Origin: Euglena gracilis
Lineage: Eukaryota
Length of the DNA: 64,000 nt
NCBI GenBank assembly: GCA_039621445.1
Contig: CP154954.1
Location: 29,273,411-29,337,410 of the forward strand
Direction of reading: 5' to 3'
Shown: in pieces, positions 22,027 to 33,596 of the stretch
How positions within the stretch are numbered: position 1 is the stretch's first letter
Layout: every line of letters starts with the position of its first letter
Translations under genes and position numbers: made by a program
Notes under the pieces: model-generated
Databases searched by the model: none
What the model saw: the letters and a program-made list of their open reading frames with translations, nothing else
What the model was told of the DNA's origin: nothing

Positions 22027-25000
22027 ATGCCAACGCCGTCCTACTCCCACACAACGATGCTTTATGTTGGACGCCGGCCGAACCCCGAACTTCTCGCCCT
22101 CCGTAAACGGGTCAAGGAGTTGGAGTTGGCCCGCACCCCGCCAACTCTCGAGGAACTCGTGGGCGAGTGTTCTCCTCTGACCGTCTCACGACTGCGCCTC
22201 CTCCCCTCACTCCCTGGCTGGTCCACAGACTTGCTGACGGCTTTCGAGAAGCGAGCACACCAAAAATGCTCCGACACTGAATGTTGCGACTCATTATGGG
22301 CTGCCACTGTCCGCGCTATTTTTCGACAAAACAGCTCCACGTCTTCCTCCTCCTCACCGGGCGCAACCTCCGTCTCCCGCTCCGCCACAAGGCGTCCTCT
22401 CGAGATGTCCCTCTCCACCCTTAAGGAAAGGGGTGGCCGGGTCGAGACGGAGGTGGGACCCAACGGGGTCGTCACGTGGGCTTTCCTCGGGGGAAAGAAG
22501 TTCTTCCTTTCAAAGAAGGGCGCCTTGTGGGACACATCCGAACCCCCTCCCGCAGCCTGCTTCACCTGTGGCAACCAGCATTGGTACTGGGAGTGTGAAG
22601 CACAGGGGACCAACGCCAACCCAGCCATCTCCCCCCCCTGACGCCCCAGGCCGGGGGAGAGGGGAAATGAGCAGCACCGCCACCCCTTCCCCACACTCCC
22701 CGCAACGGCCGCCAACCCCCTTCCCCCTCCTCCCCTCTGCCCCCTGCGCTCCGGACACCTCTTCCTCACCAGGGCTGTGCACCGCCGCACCTCAGGCATC
22801 ATCCCAGATTTCCGCACCGCTCTCACCTGGTCCCTTGCCCCCAGCACCCTCTCCTCCTACACCTCCCGCATCGCCACCTTTCTCCAATGGTGGGAGGACC
22901 ACGCCTCGAGTTGGTCTCTACAGCCTGAGCTGGTCGAAAAGTTTCTTCTCCAACAATTGGTTGCAAGAACCGCGGCCATTACCCTCCGGGTTTTCCTTTC
23001 TGCCATCACCTTCCTGCGCTCCATTCGACTGTTCCCTTGGGACATTCCCCACGCCTGGTGGAGGGTGTCCAATGCAGCATCCAACTTGGCCCTCCGCCCA
23101 TCCCGTCCCAGGACGTGGTTCTTGCTTCCGGACCTCTGCATCTGTGCCCGCGCCTGCCACACCACCGAACAAAAACGTTACCTCGCAGTTGTGGTCTTGG
23201 CCCTCATCACTGGTCTTCGCTTCAGCGAGGCCTCCCGCATTTGCCCAAACGATTTCTCCTTCGACAACGGGTGTACATTCCGTTTCCACTGCGCCAAACG
23301 CCGACCCTCCTCTCCTCAATCCACCTCTCGCCCCCTTTCCCCCTGGGGTGCTGCATGGGCCCGTTACCTCACACTCACAGCTACAGGCCCCCCCGATAAG
23401 GCCTTCCTCCCTCCTGCCCAACTCCGGAACGGATTTTCCGAATTCACCAGGCCCCTGCTCCCACAACGGCACACCTTCCATGCCCTACGCCGGGCCAACG
23501 CCTACTACCTCTCCTCCTTGGGCCTTCCCACCGAGCACATCGGCGAATGGAGCCGATGGCGGTCCCCAGCGCTTGTTCGGCACTATGCCGGGCAACCGGC
23601 CGGTGCCTCCACCTCGGAGTTCTATACGGCTCCCTTTCCGCCGCTCGCCTTGTCCGACCTCTTCCCCGTCCGCCGCTTCCTCGACTCAACCACAGCTTCC
23701 CTATGGGGAGCGCACCTCTCAACACCTGAACCGCAACTGCGCCTCCCTCCCGCACCAAAACCCAACAAACGGCGGCGGCGGTCCCGTGATTCGAATACCT
23801 AATGGATGGTCCCGCGTGCGCTCGGTCATCTGGAACCTCGCCTGGACGATCTCTCGGAAACGCCTTCCGCGACCCACCACTAGAAACCGCCTCTTCCACG
23901 GCCTACGATTACTCCTAGCCGCAGCCTGGCAGCGGGCCGTCCAACTGAGCGACCTCGCCGTTTGGCAGCGTGCCCTCCGTACTGTGAGCCTTCTGCCTAC
24001 TATTCAGCTTCTTGACATTCTTGACTTTGATTACCACCCCTCAGCCCCAACCGCCCGTACCACCCGTGCCTCCCTGAACATGCCGATGACTTCCAAGGGG
24101 CTCGGGTCCCGTGGTTCCTTCCGCATCCCCACTAGCGTTTGGTCCGCCATTGTGCCCGCCTCTTTGCCCGCTAGTATAAAGGCTGCTGGTGCTGTCGAAC
24201 CATTCTTGCCACACCCCCCAGATCGCTTTGCCTCAGCCATGCTGCAGCGCCTACGAGCTGACGGCTTCCTCTTGGATTGTACGCACCTGCCCCCCAACGC
24301 CTCTTGCTTCTTACGCCCCAAATCCAACGAGAAGGCAGCCTTCATCGCTGACCTGCGGGGAGTCAACACACTGAGCCCCTCCCCACTCCCACATTTCTCT
24401 CTACCCTCACTCCCTGAGGTTGCCACCGTTTTCTCCCGACAACCCTTCCGTTGGGGAACAGTCGTGGACCTCACCAACTTCTTCTGGTCCCTCCGTCTGC
24501 CCCCCTCTGCATCCGACTGCTTCCGGGTCGCGGGCTTGACGTGGGACAGTCTGCCTTTCGGCTGGAATCTTTCCCCGGCTCTGGCCCAGGCTACCTTGGG
24601 GCTCCTCCTGGACCAATTCCTCTTACAAGAGGGCCTCCTCCTCAAGTTCGGCCATGGCGTTCTCCTGTTCCACTATTATGATGACATCCTCCTTCTCGCC
24701 CTTCACCAGCATGAGTGCGCCCACTCCACCGACAGCCTAGTCGCCTTCCTACGTCACAACGAACTGCTGGTTTCCCCGAAAAGTACGCTATGCCCCCAGC
24801 AGTCTCTAACCTGGCTCGGTAAAACACTCCACCTGCAGGGCGGACGGCTGCCCCCATCTGTGGCTAACTCCGAAGGCCTGCTCCTCCGCCTCACGGCACT
24901 CGCGCTCCTGCTCACATTCTGCCTCTCACCCCGCGCACCATCGAGCGCATTACAGGCTTCGCCATGTGGTGCCACCGCCCCCGACTGGGTGCCACACTCT

Positions 25001-25656
25001 TCCTCTTCGCCTTCTACCGTCTCCTATACTCCCACAGACGGTTTTGGCAACGTTGCCCCCTGGCCGCTGTCCGCGCCTTCGCTGACCTCACCGCTCTTGC
25101 CCACCTACCGTGGAGCCCGCCACCGTCCGAGGAACCGGAAACCTGCCCCACCACCCACACGATTGCCGGGGACGCCGCCCTTATTCGGGGTGGCTACCAG
25201 GTAGGACTCTCCCTTTCCCCCGATCAACACCGCTTGCTCCGCTGCCCCCCAGAGATCCTCACACAGCAGCAAGCTGAATTGTTCGCCTTGGACGCCGCTA
25301 CACGTCTCGCGGTCCGTCTCGGTTGGTCCTCCCTCTACTTCCATGGTGACTACTGGGGAGCCCTCTGTGCCTTACACACCCTCCGCGCCCCCCTACATTG
25401 CCCCCAATACGTGCGGACGCTCCGACGTATCTTCAACCGCCTCCTCTGGTCAGGCCTATCCGTCCACCTGTTCTGGATCCCCTCGGCTTACCAACCAGGG
25501 GACCCCATCAGCCGTATCCACTTCCCCTGTAGCACGGCCCTCCTGCGGAAGGCCATCTTGTGTGCCCAGCGCCGGTTCACAGATCTCGAGCACAACACAT
25601 TACCCTCGCCTCCCCTGCCCGTCGGCACAACTTGCATCACCGCCCATCCACGCTAG
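22027..25656 (+). pseudogene. Duplicate gag / YR (to 23802) / RT-RNase H, with a 1-bp frameshift near 24920
   Basis: Same motifs as copy 1. RT-RH is split into ORFs 22433-25204 and 24964-25656. The B1-A2-B2 end is at 25683-26017. Confidence 0.9.
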
Positions 25657-27059
25657 ACGCGTCGGCGCGGCACCGCACCGCGGGTCACGTGTGCAGACCT
25701 GATGGTTCTGTCTCGCGTCTCGCTTGTGCTTGCATGTAAGGTAACCAAAAAGTAGCGGATCACGAGATCCAAAGGATCGAGAGATGCTTAATTCACCCAC
25801 CCTACCACACAGGTACTCAAACTTGAAAGGCAGCCCTCCCACCCGCCCACAACACCACCTTACCCTCCAAACTGCCCGCCACACCTGATGTACATCGGCG
25901 TTTGAACAGTACCGTATTACATTTTTACTGGTCGTCCAGGTCACGTGTGCAGACCTGATGGTTCTGTCTCGCGTCTCGCTTGTGCTTGCATGTAAGGTAA
26001 CCAAAAAGTAGCGGATCTATAGGAAAAGCCTAATTTGAGGCTCCAATTCAGCACAATTTGCTTCCGCAGACTTTTGTGGGTTTCTTTGTTGCATACAATT
26101 GAGAATTGAAGTCCTCAAGAATTATTTCATTGAAGAATTGTCATTTTTGAGAATTTCAAGTTCAAAGGTCAGGTCCCACCTTTCCTCATTGACGGTGTGT
26201 CATTGTTGCCCTTTACCACCATTTCAGTGAACAAAACACCACCCTTATCCATTCTCAATGTTTTGCATGCCGGAAGAAAGGGGGAGTGACATGGCCTCAT
26301 GGGGATCAAAGTTTGGAGAAGCATTTTCATTGGAGCGGAATTTTGATTTTGTACAAGATTTCCACGAAAAAGCTAATTCGATCCTACGCACCCCCCTCTG
26401 GGCGGGGGGTATACCAGTGGGCGAAACGGGGGGTGGCCTGAGCCCTCCACCACCCGGAAAAACACTGGGCCCTGGCCAGGGAACGGCAGCCCCAGGGGTG
26501 GGTGACGGGCAGGAGTCAGCCGGCCAGGGGGCTGGGGTTTTCTGTCCGACACCCGCAGGGGGGGCGCCCGGGGTAGACACACAGAAGGGGGGAAAACAAA
26601 AAAAGAAAGTTGAACCAAAGTAAATGAAATTGAAGAAAAAAAAGTAAATCCCAAAACGGAATTTAAGGGAATTTATTTTCAAGGAAAATGTGCAAACAAG
26701 GGAAAATTTTTAAAACCATAACGTAAAGCCCCCCCCCCAATTCTCACCACCCTTGCAGCCCCACCCCCCCCAAATCTTGACCAACCCATGAAGGCCCCCC
26801 AATTTTTTCCAAAAGAAGGGCACACAAAAAAAAACAAATACAATTAGTCACCAAAAAAACAAAGAGGGTATCGGGGCGTTGTCGAACCTCGTGCTTCACA
26901 AAAGAAAACATTTCCTCAATGGCGTTCAATTTTGAAAAGGGTTTGACGTGCCACATGCCCCCCCCCCAAATTGAGAACGGCTTTGTCAAACCCTTGTCGT
27001 GGAGAATTAGGGGCAATAAACAGATGGCGGTGGCCAAAGGGGGGAGAAGGGTTTGAAGC

Positions 27060-27897
27060 CACGGCTGGATAGAGGTAGAGGTAGAGGTGAAAGTCCTCTA
27101 CCTCTATCTGACCCACCTCTACCTCTACCTATACCTCTATGTCACCTCTATGTCCACAATAAGGGCCACAAAAGGCTCCAAATGCCTCAAACTTGGCAAA
27201 TTAGCGTCTCAACACAGTTTATTTAGGTTCGGAATGAGAAAAAAAAAATGCAGATGGGTGGCTTCTATACACAAATTGTGGCTGAGCCCAGATTTCAGCC
27301 TGAAAACGTGTTCAGCCAGGGGGCCCCCGAAGGGGGCCCCCTGAACACGTTTTCAGGCTGAAATCTGGGCTCAGCCACAATTTGTTTAAAACGTGTTCAG
27401 AGCCCGCCAAATGAAATTCGTGGTCATGATTCACGCAAGGGGTCAAAAACGCGAATTTGTGAAATTCGGACCCAAAAAACGGCGCCCGCACTGAAAACGT
27501 GCCTGAACACAGATGCCTTCATTGAAAACGTGTCATTGCCACAAATGCCCTCACTGAAAACGTGCCTGAACACAGATGCCTTCACTGAAAACGTGTCATT
27601 GCCACAAATGCCCTCACTGAAAACGTGTTCATGACCACGAATTTTAGGGCAGGCATTTGGCGGGCTGAACACGTTTTTAAAAATTGCCATGAGAGATTTG
27701 TGACAAGAATGGCCAATTTCTGATTTTTCCCATAAAATTGCCTTCATTTGGCATAAATTTTCTTTGATAAGCCACTTTCCTTAAAAGTTTCACATTGAGG
27801 TGACATATAGTAGAGGTAGAGGTGACCTCTACCTTTACCTGTACCTCTACCTCTACCTCTACCTCTACCTCTATCCCTCTACCTCTATCCAGCCCTG
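27060..27897. mobile_element. TIR MITE with (TAGAGG)n/(CTCTAC)n subterminal repeats; truncated copy at 17209-18024
   Basis: TIR CACGGCTGGATAGAGGTAGAGG / CCTCTACCTCTATCCAGCCCTG. 7-bp TSD TTGAAGC at 27053-27059 and 27898-27904. Confidence 0.85.
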
Positions 27898-28316
27898 TTG
27901 AAGCACAAATGGTCTATGTCCCCGAAGGTTGTCCAGGACAACCAAACAAGGCAACCTTAAATTATGGGGGATGACAGGTATTTTTGAAACCAATCATAAA
28001 AAAAAGTTTTTTTTGAGAATTGAATGCCCAAAATTCCGTTCTCAAAAAAAATGAATTTTTAATTCGAAAAATTTTGTGAAATTTAAAATAAATTGTTCAA
28101 AATTTCAAATTGAAATGCAAAATTATGAAAATTATGAAAATATTTTAATGCATGAAAGGATGCAAAATCCCTTGAGCGATACAAATCTCAATTTTTTTGG
28201 CAAAAAAACAAAATTAAATTGCATTTAATGAAATACCTGTCAATTTTCAAAACGGTGACCAAGTTTTGAATGAAGAAAGCGAATTGGATATTAAGTGGCC
28301 CTTCCAAAAGCTCATA

Positions 28317-28668
28317 GGGGGTGTCTGGGACGCGGGGGCGGACGCGGGGGGGGGGGGACGCGGGGGGGGACGCGGGGGAGACGCCATTTTTGGGACAGTG
28401 AAATTAGGAATTTGCTACGAGAAATTTTTTGCCAAATTAGGATTCTACCACAACAAATTAGGAATCACCAACCCCAAATTAGGAATCACCCACCACAAAT
28501 TGGGAATCACCCACACCAAATTAGGAATCACCAACCTCAAATTTGCCTGAAATTAGGAATCAGCCTCCTAAATTTGGCTGTCTCGAGAACAAATTTTTGG
28601 TTCCAAAGTGGGACGCGGGGGGGACGCGGGGGGGGGGGACGCGGGGGGGACGCGGGGGAGACACCTCC
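28317..28668. mobile_element. PIF/Harbinger-like MITE with internal 21-bp repeats
   Basis: TIR GGGGGTGTCT / AGACACCTCC with 3-bp TSD ATA. Removal restores the transposase frame GLVYY|ELLEG. Confidence 0.75.
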
Positions 28669-31034
28669 ATAATATACCAAGCCGTGGTTGGGGCTCATTG
28701 CGGCAATGAGGGTTAAATTTCTCCCCGCGGTCGAGGCGACGGGACAGCCAATGCGGTTGCCCCGTCGGGATCTCCCGTACCGGGGATGGAGCCACAAATT
28801 GAAGCCGCACTCGTCCACATAAATTGTTTCCCGCCCCTCCAGCATGGCACCGATGAACTGAAAAACAAATGCTTCCCGCCCCTCCAACATGGGAACTGAA
28901 AAACAAATGCTTGACGATTGGCTTTGGTTATGGGGTCATTTCGAACATGCGGGACCTGGCCCGCAACCTGGCGATGTACACATCAGGGGATTTCACACAA
29001 GCTTCAAAAGAAACCTTACGGGTTATTAGTTGGTTCTCCAGGTACCTCGAGATTGTCGAAATCAGAAATCGAAACAAAAACAATTGTAGTCGGTTACGTA
29101 GCATTCCTTGCAACTCGAATAACGTCACCTGAAAGAAAGTCAATTTTTTCCAAATCTACATTACATGCCATACAAAGGGGTTTCGCTCCACTGCTTCGAC
29201 CAAAAAATGCTGTGGCGGTGGCAACTTCGGGGCGGGTGGGGGAGGTCGGTACAAAATTGTTGTTCGGCCTTCTGTAAGAAATCTTTGTACATTTCTTCGA
29301 ATTGTCCGGTCAGACATCCCCAATGCCCGCCCTATAGTTCGGTAGTCCCACTGAGCTTGGAATGCGAACAGCAGGATTTGGAGCTGCGCATTCCGCTCGG
29401 AGACCGAAAATTTGGGCCGTTCTGCGAGGTTTGGCCGATTCGGTTGGCCAGCCGTTATGTCTTTTATAATATGTCCCGTTATGTCCCAGCGGCCACTCCT
29501 AATTCAAACGCTGTACGAAAAGCGGATCTGATTAAGAAAATTTGGATATGACGAACCAACACATCCACGTTCAGGTCGAAGATGTGATCTCCTGACAATC
29601 CTCATTCCTCATCTTCAGAGTGCTGCTTCATATGGAGATTCTTTTGTGACCGGAAATGCTTTGATTGGGCTATTGGTTGGATTCTTCCTGTTGTTCATCG
29701 CCTGGAATGGTGTCTCGCGATTGATGGACATCCAGACCAGTGATCGTCTGGGATCTAAGGACCCCAGGGAAAGCATGCAAAAAATGTGACCTTACCGCCT
29801 TTGTTCTCCCTTCCTTTTGATTAGCAGATGGATGGAAATAAATGTGCAAGTTATTGAAAAAAAAATGACAGAGATGGTCACGCATGTTCCATAGATGTGC
29901 CTTGCCACTTTTTGTTGAAAAAAATGCTGAATGAAGTCCCCAAACAGATGAATGTGGAGGTCTCCTTCCTGACTTCCTTCCTGGCTGACCATATTTTTGG
30001 CCATTTGTGAAAAAGCCTATCACATCTTGTCAAAAACCATTTTACTGGTGAACCGGTTAAAAGGGAGTTTGTTGGGTTCAAGCGTGCAGCAAAACCAAGG
30101 GCTGAGGCTCATCTCGCAGCCAGGTTGCATTGGAGGGTGATGGGGGGTCATTTGGATGGGTCATCAGGGAAAGGCATATTTGCCGTTGGCCGCATTACGA
30201 TCACCAAGGGAGACTAGGCAGGGGGGAGAGGTGGTCCAGGGGGGGTCCAGGAGGGGTCGAAAAGGGGTCTAGCTGGGGCGCCCCCCCTTTTCTAGTTGTT
30301 CGGAACTCGACAGGGGGAGTCCACGAGCCCCCCTGTACATGACCAGTCCAGACCCCGGACCCCCCCTCGAACTCGACCGGTCTGGTTGACAGGGCGGTCC
30401 CGCGGGACCCCCTGTCGGGTACCCCAGGCACCCCTGTGCCTGGGCTCCCAGGGGATGCCCCCCTGGGGGCCCGGACGTGATCCCAAAGAGCAGGCAGGGG
30501 GAAAGAAAGATAAAGCCCGTTGACCTTTTGGGTTCCCAAAGGGGAAAATCCCTTTATATGAAACTGTGTCTGGGCTCCGGCTTCACGCCCAAGCCGGCGT
30601 CTGGGAAAGCCGGTTCAGGCGTGAAGCCGGCATCCAGGGGACCCAAAATAAAAAGTGCCAAAATGTGTCCAAAATGCTTTATAGAGGTATATGGGGGATT
30701 TAGGGAACATAAAGGGGGGGGGTATGGTGGTAATTTCCTTTTAACCAATTTTGGGGGACTTGTCATTTTTGGAGGTAGTGGTCAAGTCGCGAACAAGAGG
30801 CGCCGAGCGAGGGTCCCCCCCCATGTGTACCATGCACCCCCCCCATTATGTACCCCCCATCATGTACCCCCTGGGAGGAGGTACATAAATGGGGGGGGGC
30901 AGCACACACCTAGGAATGCAACTTGCCCGGGTACTTGTTTGTTATCGTACGGCGGACCCCCCCTTTTGGTCATTGGACGGCACCCTTTTTTTGGGTCGTT
31001 TTAGGGTCATTTTAAGGGATAGGGTTAGGCGCTA

Positions 31035-31260
31035 ATGGCCATGTTGCGCCACATGGCCATGTTGCGCTACACAGCCATGCCATGTTGCGCTACGTGGCCG
31101 TGCAGCGCTATATGGCCATGTAGCGCAACACGGCCGTATTTCGCTACACAGCCACGTAGTGCAACATGGCCGTGTAGCGCTACATGGCCACGTTGCGCTA
31201 CACGGCCATGTAGCACAACATGCCCATGTAGCGCAACATGGCCATGTTGCGCAGCATGCA
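31035..31260. repeat. 18-bp minisatellite (ATGGCCATGTTGCGCTAC-like); related tract at 33160-33265
   Basis: Visible 18-bp periodicity that produces CATWP-repeat ORFs. Confidence 0.85.
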
Positions 31261-33388
31261 TGTGCGCACCTAACCCTATCCCTTAAAATAACCCTAATAA
31301 CCCAAAAACAGGGTGTCACACCATAACCAAAAGGGGGGGGTCCGTCGTACGATAACAGACAAGTCCCCTTGCCCGGCCATCCGCAGGCATACCCCCCACA
31401 TTGTGTACCTCCCCCCCATCTCCCCCCCCATTATGTCCCCCCCCCCCAGTTTGGCCTCCCGGGGCATGATGGGCCTGGTTAGGCGCTTCTTTGGGGTGCT
31501 GGTACCCTGTTGGGTCAATTTATGGTACTTGTTCGCTGTATAATAATAACCCAAATATGGGGCACCCCATAATAACCCAAAAATAGGGCGTCGACCATAA
31601 CCAAAAGGGGGGGGGGTCGGTCGAACTATAACAGACAAGCACAGCCTTCACTTCGGAATTTCTCCAAGTCGGTTCTTATGGGGTTACCACCCCCCCCCCC
31701 CCCATATTGTCCCACCGACCTCTCCCCAGGAGGCCCGACGGGACAATATGGGGGGGGGGGGGCAATATGGGGGTACCAAAGGAAATTTCATTGGCTGAGC
31801 CAAAAAACCCCTCGTCGGCCGGGCCGAGGGACAATATGGGGGGGGACAATATGGGGGGGGTGGTATTACAGCCGGCGCCCCTATTTTTTGAAACGTTTTG
31901 ACACATTCTTGAAACGTTTTGACAAAGCTTTTGAAATATTTTGACGGTATTCAGGAAATGTTTTGACAAGGTTTTTGGACGTTGCTGTGCGCAATTTTTG
32001 AAATATTTTGACAAAATTTTTGAAATGTTTTGACAAAACCTTTCAAACAAATTTGACAAAATCTTTGAGACTTTTTGACAAATTTTTGGTGCATTTCCAT
32101 GTCATTGTATGACCAATGTCTGTCCCGCAGGATGCCTCGTCTGAGCGTACCAGGCATTTGCTTAAGGGATTGCAGTACCCCGGGGGGGGGGGGGGCTGGA
32201 CTGCAGCTAGTCCAAATTTGTTTCTAGCAGACCCCCCGGGGGGGGTCTGCTAGCAGGGCTAGCTAGTGGAATTTTTTTTTCCCGTGACCGGCGCGAAGTG
32301 GCGGAAATTTTTTTGGGACCCCCAAAAATGGCCAAAAATGCCCGTTTTTGGCCATTTTTGGGATTTTTTTGGAACAAAACCAGCCAAAACCCTGTTAAAA
32401 CCCTCATTTTTCCAGTCCGGGACCCCGGACCCCCTCCCCCGGGGGAGGGAGGGTCTTGCTAGTCCACCTTTTCCAGTGTCTAGCCGATTGGCTAGCCAGT
32501 CCCCCCCCCCCCCCCGAGTCCTTAAGCAAATACCTGGAGCGTACCTGCCCACATACTCTCCTCATTTGGGGAACTATTTGTTTATTGTCAATGGAGCTAG
32601 GGATTGCTCCCCCTCACTTACCATCCCCCCCAAAAGGTCAATTTTTTTTCCCGGCGCTTCGCACTGAAAAAGTTTAGCATTTTTGACCAAATTTTACCAA
32701 AAAGTGCTTGAAATGGCACTTTCGGTCGATTTGAGTCCCTAAAAATGGCCCTTTTTGACCATTTGTCGCATCTGTAGAAGAGGGAGGAGGCATTCCACTT
32801 TCATCAGTTCCATCCACCATTTCACATTCTTTGTTGGTGTAGTCTATTTTAAGATTAACATCCTGTAGCACAATGAACGTGACTCTTCCTCCCATTCCAC
32901 CAGTGACAAATGTCCCCCCAGAAAAACGCGGATGCCCAAAAATCGCGCCCACAATGGATCAAAGATTGTGTCCAGAACGCTCCAAAGATTTTGTCAAAAT
33001 ATTTCTGGAATTGGTCAAAATCTTCCTAAAATTTTGTCAAAAAATTCCAAAAATCTTGTCAAAAAATTTCAAGAATCGAGTCAAATTCATCTCAAAGATT
33101 TTGTCATTCTTGACTCAAGAATACGGGCGTTAGCTGTAGAAGGAGTAGGGTTAGGTGCTAATGGCCGTGTTGCGCTGCATGGCTATGCAGCGCAACCATG
33201 CAGCGCATGGCTATGTTGCGCCACATGGTTGCGCTGCATAGCCATTTAGCGCAACATGGCCATTGACGCCCAACCCTACTCCTTCTAATAACCCTAAAAA
33301 GTCCGACTTATAAGAAGAATAATTCCGAAGGGAGGTCGTGCAGCGAACAAGTACCCAATTTATCACATTATTGTGCGATGCACACGAC

Positions 33389-33485
33389 CTAACCCAAACC
33401 ATAACCCGAACCCCTAACCCTAACCCCTAACCCTGACCCTAACCCAAAACCCCTAACCCTAACCCCTAACCCAACCCTAACCCTA
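33389..33485. repeat. Degenerate interstitial telomere-like (TAACCC)n; similar tracts at 49160-49360 and 55430-55535
   Basis: Runs of CCCTAA/TTAGGG variants. Confidence 0.8.
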
Positions 33486-33596
33486 TTCCTTCCACTGGCC
33501 CCATAAAACGTCGTTTCCCAAATCAAGGCAACCAATTTGTAAAATTTTGGGCGGGGGTCGAGTGGCGAACAAGTACCCAAAATCCCTTTATGTTAT

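Larger units (their letters stand above)
18028..27875 (+). repeat. Second unit of a ~9.85-kb near-identical tandem duplication (first unit ~8180-18024)
   Basis: Offset of about 9847-9851 throughout. The unit begins inside the TRIM 3' LTR and ends inside a MITE (CTCTAC)n tract. Confidence 0.95.
26870..29400 (-). pseudogene. Tc1/mariner-IS630-like DDE transposase, fragmented by two MITEs (C-terminal piece duplicated at ~17020-17200)
   Basis: HTH RTIGRALGMSDRTIRRNVQRF (~29280-29350). ISTISRYLENQLITRK. IYVDECGFN...NLTLIAAMS..GLVYY|ELLEGP. KPFSKLNAIEEMFSFVKHEVR. Confidence 0.8.

Noticed and set aside
33389-33485. True telomere or chromosome-fusion site
   Set aside because: Short, degenerate tracts recurring within repeats in both orientations.
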